A stretch of 64,000 nt of DNA from Acidobacteriota bacterium. Lineage in GTDB: Bacteria > Acidobacteriota > UBA6911 > RPQK01 > JAJDTT01. Below the pieces are notes generated by a model, which was not told where the DNA came from, ran no database searches, and saw only the letters and a list, made by a program, of their open reading frames with translations. Shown piece by piece: positions 41,638 through 54,647 of the stretch. The stretch's first letter is position 1. Every line of letters begins with the position of its first letter. Where the stretch lies: positions 1,280,001-1,344,000 of the forward strand of contig OZ242374.1 of the NCBI GenBank assembly GCA_965209055.1, in the 5' to 3' direction. Both the position numbers and the translations under genes were made by a program.

Positions 41638-43896
41638 ATGAAAACCCTGTCCGGCCTGTTAGTGCTTTCTTGCGCGGTGGCATCGGGACAACCTCTCCAT
41701 TGCGACTTCACCGGCTACCGTCCCCTGGAGGGGCTGAAGGCCGAGAGCGTCGACGGAGACGTGGTCTTTGAATGGACAGGCTCCGCAGCGCCGGCGCCGG
41801 CCGGCGCCGGAACCTCAGCCGGGCGGCTCCGGGCAAGTTTCGGCCTGGCGGGCGCCCAGCCGGTCATACGGCAAATGGCCGCACTTTCCGGGGAGGGGCA
41901 CTGGGTGCCGCTCGTGCAGGACGCCCGTCCACAGTTTCATGTAGCGGAGGGAATGCGGCGCATTTCCCACCAGCAGTTGCGGCCCATGCAGGCCCTGGGC
42001 CGGGAGGCCACGCCTGAAGTCGTGGAGCAGGAGAAATGGAAGGTCTTCTGGGACGCCCCGCTGAACGTGCCGGGCCGCGAAGGCGTGAACCCCGGGCTCC
42101 CCAGGGATCCCTCGGAGGTGACGCGCAGCGAGGCCCGATACAACGTCAAAGCGTGCCGGGTGCGCCGGGACGGGGTGCGGCTCCAGGTTTCGTTTGACGG
42201 CTTGACGTTGGGCTCGTTCCAGGGGAGCCTTCGATTCACCGTTTACAAAGGGTCCAACCTGGTTCGCCAGGAGGCCGTGGCGGCGACGGCCAGGCCATCG
42301 GTCGCGTACGTCTACCGCGCCGGGCTGGGCGGTCTGAAGAGCGATGACTACCGGCGTCTGCGCTGGAGGGACATCGCCCGGGACTGGCAGCACTATCGCT
42401 TCGGCGGTGGTGTCAACGAGGGCCCCGTTCCGCTTCGCGCGCGCAACCGGGTCCTCCTGCTCGAGCAGGAGCGCGGTACGCTGGCGATCTTCCCCCCCTC
42501 TCACAAGTTCTTCTTCGCGCGTGAGATCGAGATGAATCTCGGTTACGTCTGGTACCGGCAGTCAGAGAAGGGGCGCTTCGACGCCGGCGTGCGCCAGGCC
42601 GAGCGGGAAGAGATGTTCCGCCCGTGGGGCGCTTCCCAGGAAATCTGGGAAAAGCGGGTCCGTCAATCGCGCGCCTTCGCGGAAGGCAACTTCGCTCTCT
42701 ACAACGCTCCGCCGGGAACGCTGCAGCGGATGGCCGTCTACTACTACCTGGGACCGCGGGACGCGGAGTCCACCCTGAAAGAAGTGCTGGCCTACACCCA
42801 CGGCGACAAGTACAAGCCGCTGGAGGGCCACCAGGTGGCGGTCAGCCATTTCCATACGCACTTCGCCGAACAGCTGGTCGACCTGGGGTCCCTTGACGCG
42901 AGGCCTCCGTGGGTTTCGGCATTCAAGGGCCTGGGGATCAACATCGCCATGATGTCCGATTTTCATGGCGACGGGCATCCGGCGGACGAAGGTGAAGTCC
43001 GGTTCAGGGAACTGGGCGAGTACTTCGAGGCCTGCCGGCGTCACTCGGACAAGGATTTCCTGCTGCTGCCCGGCGAGGAGCCGAACGTGCATCTGGGCGG
43101 GCACTACACGCTAGTGTTCCCGAGGCCGGTCTACTGGTCCAAGGTGCGCGGGTCCGGCAAGGCGTTCCGGTCAAGCCACCCGGACTACGGGACAGTCTAC
43201 CGCGTGGGCTCGGCGGACGAGATGCTCTCGCTGCTGGAAACGGAGAAGGGCCTGATCTGGCAGGCGCACCCGCGCACCAAGGGTTCGACGTTCTATCCCG
43301 ATTCCGTGCGGGAGGCGCCCCACTTTCTCAGCGACCGCTATCTGGGGGCGGCCTTCCAGACCCTCCCGGCGGACCTGTCGACGCCGAGGATCTGCGAGGA
43401 ACGGTGCTTCGGAACCCTCGACGACATGAACAATTGGGCAGGGCCGAAGTACATGATTGCGGAGGGCGATACTTACACCAAGTATCCCGAGGACGAAATC
43501 TATCCGCACTTGATCGTCAACTATGTGCGGTTGAACGAGTTGCCCGCTTTCGACGAGGACTGGAGCCCCATCACCGGGGCAATGAGGCGGGGAGAGTTCT
43601 TCGTCTCGACGGGGGAGGTCCTGATCCCGTCCCACGAGGTCGAAGGATTCGAGGACCGCAAGACGTTTGTCGCCGAGGTCGAATGGACATTCCCCCTCGA
43701 GTTCGTAGAACTCGTTTGGGGCGATGGCAAAGCGACCGGCCGGCAGGTGCTGGCGACAACCGGCCTCGGTTCGTTCGGCCGCAAGACGTTCCGGATGGAA
43801 TTCGATTCACCGGGCAAGAAGTGGGTGCGGTTTGCCGCCTGGGATTCGGCCGGCAACGGAGCGTTCACCCAGCCGGTCCACCTGTCGGGACGGTGA
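41638..43896 (+). CDS. Secreted hypothetical protein with C-terminal PHP-like metal-binding motifs
   Basis: Signal peptide MKTLSGLLVLSCAVASG; HFHTH, SDFHGDGH, PGEE, GGHY, QAHP, EGD in PHP-like order; coding-like codon usage. Confidence 0.7.
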   Translation: MKTLSGLLVLSCAVASGQPLHCDFTGYRPLEGLKAESVDGDVVFEWTGSAAPAPAGAGTSAGRLRASFGLAGAQPVIRQMAALSGEGHWVPLVQDARPQFHVAEGMRRISHQQLRPMQALGREATPEVVEQEKWKVFWDAPLNVPGREGVNPGLPRDPSEVTRSEARYNVKACRVRRDGVRLQVSFDGLTLGSFQGSLRFTVYKGSNLVRQEAVAATARPSVAYVYRAGLGGLKSDDYRRLRWRDIARDWQHYRFGGGVNEGPVPLRARNRVLLLEQERGTLAIFPPSHKFFFAREIEMNLGYVWYRQSEKGRFDAGVRQAEREEMFRPWGASQEIWEKRVRQSRAFAEGNFALYNAPPGTLQRMAVYYYLGPRDAESTLKEVLAYTHGDKYKPLEGHQVAVSHFHTHFAEQLVDLGSLDARPPWVSAFKGLGINIAMMSDFHGDGHPADEGEVRFRELGEYFEACRRHSDKDFLLLPGEEPNVHLGGHYTLVFPRPVYWSKVRGSGKAFRSSHPDYGTVYRVGSADEMLSLLETEKGLIWQAHPRTKGSTFYPDSVREAPHFLSDRYLGAAFQTLPADLSTPRICEERCFGTLDDMNNWAGPKYMIAEGDTYTKYPEDEIYPHLIVNYVRLNELPAFDEDWSPITGAMRRGEFFVSTGEVLIPSHEVEGFEDRKTFVAEVEWTFPLEFVELVWGDGKATGRQVLATTGLGSFGRKTFRMEFDSPGKKWVRFAAWDSAGNGAFTQPVHLSGR

Positions 43897-43954
43897 AGGC
43901 GCAGGGTGCTCTGCGATGGGCTTTCATGTCCGTTGCCGGGGCGCCGGAGGGCCG

Positions 43955-45259
43955 ATGAAGAAAGTCTACCTGGCATTGTCGCTGCTGGTGGTCGCGGCGG
44001 GCGTCGCTTCCCATTTCCGGGACGTGGGCAGACAGTGGTTGGCCACCCTGATGGATCCCCGGGAGAACGAACCCGTACCCCTGATGCGGGTGACTCCCCA
44101 GGACTATCGGGTCCTGGTTCGGGCGGACGGCGAACTCACAGGACTACAGGTCACACCGGTTCACGCCCCCATGGTGAAGACCGGCTCGCTGAAGTTGGCC
44201 TGGCTGGCCGATGAAGGCCAGATCGTCGAGAAAGGGGACACCGTCGTCGCGTTCGACCAGACCGACGCGGTGCTGACCCTGCAGCAGAGCCATAACACCC
44301 TCGACACTCAGAATCACCTCATCGAGAAACAGAAAATGGAGGCGCGGAACCGGGCCGCGACTCTGAAGCGGGACCTTGAGAGCACGGATTTGGAACTGGA
44401 TTACACGCAGGATCAGATTCGAAAGGACGAACGGATCTTCTCTCGATGGGAGATCCGGGAATCGATCATGAGCGCCGCCCTGGCCCGGTACCGAAAGGGA
44501 CATTTGAATCGCAAGGGGGAGGTGGAGCAGGGGCTCTCCGAAGCCGACCTGCGCCTTCTCCAGGTCGACCGGAAGATGGCGGAAACGGAGATGGAGATGG
44601 CCCGGGAGACCCTCTCCTCACTCGAAGCCAAAGCTCCCCTCGGCGGGGTGGTCCTCTACCGGCGGAGCTGGACCGTTCTGGAAGTGGGCTCCGAGGTCTG
44701 GCCCACACAGCCCTTGATGGACATCGCCGACATGGAACGCTTCCGCGCCCGGTTGTTCGTCCCGGAAAACCAGATTCGGGGAGTGCAGACCGGGAAGAAG
44801 GTCCAGGTTCGGCTCGATGCGTTTCCCGGGGAGAGCTTCTCTGGAGAAATCGACAAGGTGGACAAGATCGCCCGCCAAAGGCATCCGCGCGACCCCCGGA
44901 AGTACTTCCTTTGCGAAGCTCGGCTCCATGTCTCACCCGAATCCATGGAGAAGCTGAACCCGGGCATGCGATTCTCCGCCGAGATCGAGCTGGGGGAAAA
45001 AACCGGCGTTATCGTGATTCCCCGGAGCGCGGTCATCAAGAAGGATTCGGAGTTCGTGGTCTTCGTCAGGGAAGGCGGCGAGTACCTGGAGAAAAGAATC
45101 GAGATCGTGGACAGCGACTTCGGCTTCCACGTGGTTCAGGGCGTGGCTGCGGGGACCCGGATCTGCCTGCGCCACCCCTTGGAGGACCAGCGCCTCCACC
45201 TTCCCGACTTCAGCTCTCCCACGGCGAGCACTCAGCGGCGCCGTTACGTCCCCTTTTGA
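43955..45259 (+). CDS. Efflux periplasmic adaptor subunit (HlyD/MacA-like)
   Basis: N-terminal TM; EGQIVEKGDTVVAFD, KAPLGG, LDAFPG, LNPGM, IPRSAV; start at ATG 43955. Confidence 0.9.
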   Translation: MKKVYLALSLLVVAAGVASHFRDVGRQWLATLMDPRENEPVPLMRVTPQDYRVLVRADGELTGLQVTPVHAPMVKTGSLKLAWLADEGQIVEKGDTVVAFDQTDAVLTLQQSHNTLDTQNHLIEKQKMEARNRAATLKRDLESTDLELDYTQDQIRKDERIFSRWEIRESIMSAALARYRKGHLNRKGEVEQGLSEADLRLLQVDRKMAETEMEMARETLSSLEAKAPLGGVVLYRRSWTVLEVGSEVWPTQPLMDIADMERFRARLFVPENQIRGVQTGKKVQVRLDAFPGESFSGEIDKVDKIARQRHPRDPRKYFLCEARLHVSPESMEKLNPGMRFSAEIELGEKTGVIVIPRSAVIKKDSEFVVFVREGGEYLEKRIEIVDSDFGFHVVQGVAAGTRICLRHPLEDQRLHLPDFSSPTASTQRRRYVPF

Positions 45260-45263
45260 GCGC

Positions 45264-46491
45264 ATGTTCTTCGCCGAGTCGGTCAAGATTGCGCTCTCCA
45301 ACCTGCTGCTGCACAAGCTCCGCACGTCTCTGACCATGCTGGGAATGATCTTCGGAGTGGCCGCCGTCCTGTCGATGCTCTCCATCGGGGCCGGAGCCGG
45401 ACGGGAGGCTCTGTCGCTGATCCAAAAGATGGGGCTGCGAAACGTCCTGATCCGGGCCAGGGCATTCGAGGAAGAGGAACTCCGTATCATCCGGCAGGAC
45501 TCTCCCGGCCTGACGCGCCACGATGTCCAGGCGCTGAGGCAGGTACTTCCGTCCGGGACCCGAATCCATGCCAAGAAGGAACACAAGACCTACCAGATCG
45601 CGTCGGCGCTGGGCCGGGCGGACTCGCGGATCCTGGGAGTCGACGCCGGATACCCTCTCGCCGCCAATCTGGAAGTGGTGGAAGGCTCATTCTTTCTGCC
45701 CACGGACGGACTCAAGCACCACCAGGTCTGCGTCTTGGGAAAGACGGCCCGCCGCAAGCTCTTCGGACTGAATCCGGCACTGGGAGAGCCGGTGAAGATC
45801 GATGCGCTCTGGTTCACCGTGGTGGGAGTGCTGGCCGATCAACTGCTGGAAAAGGACGAGTTCGAAGGCGTCAGGATCGAAAGCGTGAACAACGACATCT
45901 ACGTTCCGCTGGAGACCCTTCTGGCCAAGTACGAACGCAAGCCGGTGGAGAACGAACTGGACGAGATCGTCGTCCAGCTTCCCCAGCACCAGGATCTCTC
46001 CGAGCAGGCCGCCGTGATCTCCGGCATGGTCGCCAGCACCCACCGGAACATCGACGACTTCTCCATCGTGGTTCCGGAGCGCCTGTTGGAACAGAGCCGC
46101 CAGACCCAGCGGATCTTCAACCTGGTCATGGGCGCCATCGCTTCCATTTCCCTGCTGGTGGGAGGAATCGGGATCATGAACATCATGTTGGCCTCGGTCC
46201 TGGAACGGACCAACGAAATCGGCCTGCGCCGGGCGGTGGGCGCCCGCCGCCGGGACATCGGCCGGCAGTTCCTGCTGGAGGCCCTGGCCATCAGCCTCAG
46301 CGGCGCGGCCCTGGGCGTGCTGCTGGGCTCCTCCATCTCCAGCGCGGTCTCCACCTACGCCGGTTGGCCGACGACCATCACCAGCGTGTCCGTCCTGCTG
46401 GCGGTCGGGGTCTCGGCATCCGTGGGGCTCGTCTTCGGGATCTACCCCGCCCGAAAGGCCTCCCGCGTCTCTCCCATCGAAGCCCTTCGCT

Positions 46492-46499
<8 letters not shown>
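45264..46499 (+). CDS. MacB/FtsX-family ABC transporter permease
   Basis: [68 protein letters not shown]. Confidence 0.95.
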
Positions 46500-47328
<829 letters not shown>

Positions 47329-48238
47329 GGTGATTTTCTTCCTCTCCATCAGGTTCAGCGCCTTGGTGGCCAACTCGTCGCCTCCGATAGTGACGGGATT
47401 CGGAGTCATGCACTCGGTGGCGGTGCAGGCGAGGATCGAAGCGCCTCGACTCTGCAGCATGCGGCGCAAGTCACCGTCAGAAATGACCCCCGCGAGCCGG
47501 CCGTCTTCCGCCACGATTCCGGCGATGCCCAGTCCCTTCCGGCTGATCTCGTCGATCACCTCCTTCATGGACGTGGCCGCTGTGGCCTTGGGAATCTCAT
47601 CCCCCCGGTGCATGAGATCGGACACCAGAGTCAACCGGCTGCCCAGCCCCCCGCCCGGATGGAGCCGCGCGAAGTCCCGTGGCCGCAGTCCCTTTCGCTC
47701 CGAGAGAACGACGGCCAACGCGTCCCCCAAGGCCAGGGCGGCGGTCGTGGATGCCGTGGGGGCCAGGCCGAGCGCGCAAGCCTCCCGGTCCACTCCCACG
47801 TTCAGAACCACGTCGGAGTAGTGGGCGAGCGTCGATTCCATCTCTCCCACCAGGCCGATAAGGGGAACGCCGAGCCGCTTGAGGGTGGGAAGCAAACGCA
47901 CCAACTCGTGAGTCTCGCCGCTGTTGGAGACGGCAACGGCCAGATCCCTTTCGGCCAACATGCCCAGGTCGCCATGAATGGCGTCGGCGGGATGGACGAA
48001 CAGGGCGGGCGTCCCGGTGCTGGAGAGGGTCGCGGCGATCTTCCGGGCGATGATGCCCGATTTTCCCATGCCGGTGAGAACCACCCGTCCGGTGCAGGAA
48101 GCCAGCAGCTCGATGGCCCGGTCGAAACGATGGTCGAGACGGGGAATGAGAGCCGCGACCGCCTCGGCCTCCGTCTCCAGGACTCTCCGGGCCGTCTCCC
48201 GGGACCGGCTGGTCCCGGCATTTCGACTCGCCGCGGTC

Positions 48239-49093
48239 TCAGCTTGCACGACCGTCCTCCCCAGGTTTCAACGGCTCGAATCCGGCTTCCCTGGTCAGTG
48301 CGTCGAGCCGGCGAAGTTGCGTCAACATATCTTTGAGCAGATCGATCTGCAATGCGTTGGCGCCATCGCTCAGGGCCCGCTTCGGCTCCGGATGCACCTC
48401 CATGAAGAGCCCGTCGATACCCACGGCCACAGCCGCGCGCGCCAGATAGGGGATGAAACCGCTCTCGCCGGAGCTGGATCCGCCGGCTCCACCGGGCAGT
48501 TGGACGCTGTGGGTGGCGTCGAAGACCACCGGGACGCCCAGTTTTCTCAGCAGCGGGAGCGACCGGAAGTCGACAACCAGGTTGTTGTATCCGAAGCTGG
48601 TTCCCCGTTCGGTGACGAACAGGTCCCGATTGCCCGTGCTTCGGGCCTTCTCGACCGCGTGAACCAGATCTCCGGGCGCCAGAAACTGTCCCTTCTTGAT
48701 GTTGACCGGTCTTCCCGTGGCGGCCGCCGCGACGATGAGATCGGTCTGACGGCAGAGAAAAGCGGGAATCTGCAGGAGGTCAAGAACCTCCGCCGCCGGA
48801 CCCACTTGTCCGGCTTCATGCACGTCGGACGTGACCGCAACACCCAACTCGCGGCGGATCCGCCCCAGGATCTCCAGGCCGCGGTCCAGGCCCGGGCCCC
48901 GAAAGGAGCGAATGGAAGTCCGGTTGGCCTTGTCGTAGGAAGCCTTGAAGATGAAGGGGACGTCCAGAGCGGACGTGATTTCCCGGAGCCGGGCGGCGAC
49001 ACCCAGGGCGTGTTCTTCGCTTTCGATGACGCAGGGACCTGCGATGAGAAAGAAAGGCTGCCGGGCGCCGGGCCGCCATTTGCGGAAGTCCAT
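48239..49093 (-). CDS. kdsA: KDO-8-phosphate synthase
   Basis: [50 protein letters not shown]; alternative GTG start at 49105. Confidence 0.97.
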   Translation of the reverse strand: MDFRKWRPGARQPFFLIAGPCVIESEEHALGVAARLREITSALDVPFIFKASYDKANRTSIRSFRGPGLDRGLEILGRIRRELGVAVTSDVHEAGQVGPAAEVLDLLQIPAFLCRQTDLIVAAAATGRPVNIKKGQFLAPGDLVHAVEKARSTGNRDLFVTERGTSFGYNNLVVDFRSLPLLRKLGVPVVFDATHSVQLPGGAGGSSSGESGFIPYLARAAVAVGIDGLFMEVHPEPKRALSDGANALQIDLLKDMLTQLRRLDALTREAGFEPLKPGEDGRAS

Positions 49094-49218
49094 CCGTCTT
49101 CTCACGGCGATTCCAGATCATACCGCAAAGAGAGAGGGGAAAGGGGCCGCGCTGCGGCGGACTGATCCGGCAGACCTTGCCGGGACCCGGAACCCGGAAC
49201 CGGAAAGGAGGGCTTCGA

Positions 49219-51646
<2,428 letters not shown>

Positions 51647-51651
51647 AGGGA

Positions 51652-51681
51652 AAGGTATCCCAGCCCGCCGGCCCCTGGCAA
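51652..51681 (-). promoter_or_regulatory. Putative promoter of leaderless kdsB transcript
   Basis: TTGCCA-N18-TACCTT-N5-ATG on minus strand; no SD. Confidence 0.4.
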
Positions 51682-51688
51682 GGGGTGT

Positions 51689-51937
51689 CTATTCGGATGG
51701 ATTCGAGTCCGTGTCGATCATGTGGGTCGCCGCTGACAGTTTTCCGCTGGGCCTCTGGCGCAGGACCACCACCAGGCACCGGCCGTCCTCCGGCCATTTC
51801 GCCTCCAGCGTGGGACCGACGGTCCTGTACTTCTGGAGGAACGTCATCAGCTCCTGCTCCGAGAAGTCCAGCTCAAGCGCCTTGACGAACAGAAAATCCT
51901 CTCCCAAAGGCTCGCCGGACTCGTTGTGTGTCCGCAA
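51689..51937 (-). pseudogene. 3'-terminal remnant of a paralog of the adjacent VWFA protein
   Basis: SGEPLGEDFLFVKALELDFSEQEL...LVVVLRQRPSGKLSAATH aligns with the C-terminus of 52016..53740 (about 45 of 70 residues by eye); homology stops near 51925. Confidence 0.75.
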
Positions 51938-51977
51938 TCACCCGGTCTTCGTCTCCAGATTTGTCGCACCGGGGTTT

Positions 51978-52000
51978 GGCGGTTAGGAAACCGCCGCTCC
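51978..52000. repeat. Single REP-like palindrome (same family as the 23 kb units)
   Basis: GGCGGTTAGGAAACCGCCGCTCC, 22/23 identical to 23008-23030. Confidence 0.8.
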
Positions 52001-52015
52001 GCTCCGTTCCTTTTT

Positions 52016-53740
52016 CTACCGGGCGTCCGCCGGACCGAGCCGGTGGGTCGCGGCGGACAGCATTCCGGTCCGTCTCTGGCGCAGCACCACCACCAGGTTC
52101 CGGGCGTTCTCCGGAATCGCCGTCTCCAGCGAGGGACTGAAGGTCTCGTACTGTCGGAAAGAGACGAGTTCCTGCTCCGAGAAATCCATTTCGAGCGCCT
52201 TGGCGAACAGGAAGTTCTCTCCCAGGGGTTCGCCCGATGCGTCGAAGGGAATGCCGAATATCTCCAGGTCGCAACGTTTTCGGCCGGCATCGTCGGAGAA
52301 GGTCAGCGCCTGCTTCGGAATAAGAGGTCGCACCACCCATTGTCCGCCGTCGCGGCGGACGGCGAGCCGGAACGGAAAGTCCCGGTAGAGGTCGGGAAAC
52401 TTGAAGGCGTTGCTCAAATTGGACTGGGCCGCCTTCTCCGGCGCCACGGTCTCATAACCCCGGCGGTACCGGAGCTTCAGGCCCTTCCGCTTCACCTTGA
52501 CCTCGATCCGGTGAAACTTGCCGTCCTCCAACCTGGCATCGGGAACGTAACCCAGAAGGTAGTAGGACCGGCTGTCCCGATAGGCCGTCCGTATGGGATC
52601 GACGAGTTCGTTTTCGTTGGTGAGAAGGAGGCCTCCCGTGTCGTCGGACAGGGTGGCCAGGAACTCTTGAGTCGACTCCATGTCTCCGATGTCGAAGTAC
52701 GTGCTGTGCTGGAAGGGCGCCAGCATCAGGCCCCGGGGGTCGATGCTGTAGACCGACACCTGGTTGCGATTGGCCTGATCCACGGCGGAGCGGAGGCTCC
52801 TGGCGTAGATGGAGGCCATGTTGCCGATCCTGAGCTTGGACAAACTGGCTGCCCGCGGCCTGTGCAACCCACGATGCAATTGGTCTCTCCTTCGCTGGAT
52901 GATCTCCGACACCCTGTGGTAGGCATTGACGGCATACCCTCTCGAGAAGTAAAGCACCCGCTTTCTCCCCGGAAGGGAACCCAGGTATCGGGAAAGGGCG
53001 GAGATCGCCCGGCAAGACAGATCGAGGCGGGTTCTCAGGTCCGTGAGGTACTGCTGCGCCTCCATTTCCGCGTAGGATACGGGCACCTCCGGGGGAATAT
53101 CCCTTCCGAAGCGATTGAAGATCTCATCCACCCGTTCCGCAAACTCCTCCAGGCTGGCCTCTTCACGGCGATAGGGAACCTGATCCAAGGCGGCGTCCAG
53201 CTTCTCCAGCTCCCGGGTGAACGGTTGGTCCACCTGGAAGGCGGGTCGAATCGTGACCAGCATGGCCAGGTCGCCAGGATCCATTCCCGAGTGCAGAAAC
53301 TCCCGAATGGCTCCCTTGCTCCGCTCCGCCGAGTCCAGGTCCATGGTCTGGAGATCCAACAGAAAAACGACGTAGCCGCCCTGGCCCCGCTTCTGAACGT
53401 CCCGGTCCGTACGGGCCGCGCCGGGAGACGGCTCTCCCGGTTGTCCGGCGGGAATTTCTCCCTGTTCCAGCCTGAACAACTGGATCTTCCGTCGCTTCCC
53501 GTCCTCCCGAACCTCGACTTCATCCTGACGGATGTCGGCGACGAATCGGCCCTTGCCATCCGTGGCCACGAGGTCGACCAGCACCAATTCCGATTCGGCG
53601 CGAAATCTGGGGACCGTGTCCTGCCGCCGCCCGGCTTCAGGCCACGCCAAAGTCCCCGGGAGCAGGAACACCAGGAGCAGATACGCCGCGAATGAGAAGC
53701 CGGCATTCCGCTGAACGCTCCTCACGCCGTGGGCTCTCAA
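52016..53740 (-). CDS. VWFA-related acidobacterial domain protein (secreted)
   Basis: FRAESELVLVDLVATDGKGRFVAD...EDG, PGRKRVLYFS, VYSIDPRGL, LSDDTGG, YYLLGYVP, DGKFHRIEVKVKR..LRYRRGY; start uncertain. Confidence 0.88.
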   Translation of the reverse strand: MRAHGVRSVQRNAGFSFAAYLLLVFLLPGTLAWPEAGRRQDTVPRFRAESELVLVDLVATDGKGRFVADIRQDEVEVREDGKRRKIQLFRLEQGEIPAGQPGEPSPGAARTDRDVQKRGQGGYVVFLLDLQTMDLDSAERSKGAIREFLHSGMDPGDLAMLVTIRPAFQVDQPFTRELEKLDAALDQVPYRREEASLEEFAERVDEIFNRFGRDIPPEVPVSYAEMEAQQYLTDLRTRLDLSCRAISALSRYLGSLPGRKRVLYFSRGYAVNAYHRVSEIIQRRRDQLHRGLHRPRAASLSKLRIGNMASIYARSLRSAVDQANRNQVSVYSIDPRGLMLAPFQHSTYFDIGDMESTQEFLATLSDDTGGLLLTNENELVDPIRTAYRDSRSYYLLGYVPDARLEDGKFHRIEVKVKRKGLKLRYRRGYETVAPEKAAQSNLSNAFKFPDLYRDFPFRLAVRRDGGQWVVRPLIPKQALTFSDDAGRKRCDLEIFGIPFDASGEPLGENFLFAKALEMDFSEQELVSFRQYETFSPSLETAIPENARNLVVVLRQRRTGMLSAATHRLGPADAR

Positions 53741-54522
53741 AAGGCCAAATTCCCCTCAAAGACCATGTCCTTGAGTTTGAATTTGCGAGATATTTTCTGG
53801 TCTGAAATTCTGGTGACGAACTCGATCGTCTTGTCGCGCAGTTCGACTTCCCGGGCTCTCTCTCTGGGAAACAGAAGGTACAACGCCACCCACCGCTGTT
53901 GTTTTCCCAACCTGGCGCCGGCGGGCAGCCATCGCGCTCTTTTTTCGGCCTTGAGATACGACTGCGACCTGACGCCGTCCAGGAACCGATCTTTTTCCGC
54001 CGCCTCAACCGGGATCATCCGCGGCGGCAAACCCGACACGCTGATGACAACATGGCTCGAATCCTTCCCCATCCACTCCCCGTCGTCCGTTTTTGACCTC
54101 ACCCGGCTCGATTCCGGGATCCGCGACAATGCCCGCTTCACAGGCATCGCGGTTTCCCAACGGACGGTCACCGGAACAAACGAACCGAAGGCGCCGCCGG
54201 TACTGTCGAACTGCCTGGACACCGTCTGGTCCTGCACATAGACGGACGCCCCGCGGGAGGTGATCCCCACGGACCCGGGTGAGCCTGCGCGGCGGCCTTC
54301 CAGGTCTTTTTCCAACGAGCGATCGTCTGCGGGCCGATAGGACTTCTCGAGCCTGGCTCGTGAGATGTGGAACTGGCGGGCCCAAGGCGACTGGGTCAGG
54401 ATCTTGGAGACCTGTTCCCGGCTCCATTCCTGGTGGGGAACCTTTTCCCAGAACTTCTTGGCGCCAAGTGTCGGCCCAGCCATCATCAGACCGGCCACCA
54501 GACTCAAGATCCAGGACTTCAA
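53737..54522 (-). CDS. Secreted hypothetical protein
   Basis: TTG 54522 after GAGGG; signal peptide, then FWEK.P.QEWS...ILTQSPWA...KFKLKDMVFEG; the upstream part of ORF 53737..55527 is an off-frame shadow of the GTPase gene. Confidence 0.7.
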   Translation of the reverse strand: MKSWILSLVAGLMMAGPTLGAKKFWEKVPHQEWSREQVSKILTQSPWARQFHISRARLEKSYRPADDRSLEKDLEGRRAGSPGSVGITSRGASVYVQDQTVSRQFDSTGGAFGSFVPVTVRWETAMPVKRALSRIPESSRVRSKTDDGEWMGKDSSHVVISVSGLPPRMIPVEAAEKDRFLDGVRSQSYLKAEKRARWLPAGARLGKQQRWVALYLLFPRERAREVELRDKTIEFVTRISDQKISRKFKLKDMVFEGNLAF

Positions 54523-54647
54523 GCTGACCCTCGCGTCTATTGGACGGGCAGACCCGGCGAATCGTTCACCACGGCACCGGAACCTTTCCGCCGGAGCGGG
54601 GCTCCACACGAACCCGCAGGGCCTCCCCGGCGTCCGGGTTGCACCGG

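Noticed and set aside
51689-52250. Diversity-generating retroelement TR/VR pair
   Set aside because: Mismatches are not confined to adenines (many C/G third-position changes plus an indel), and there is no reverse transcriptase in the window.
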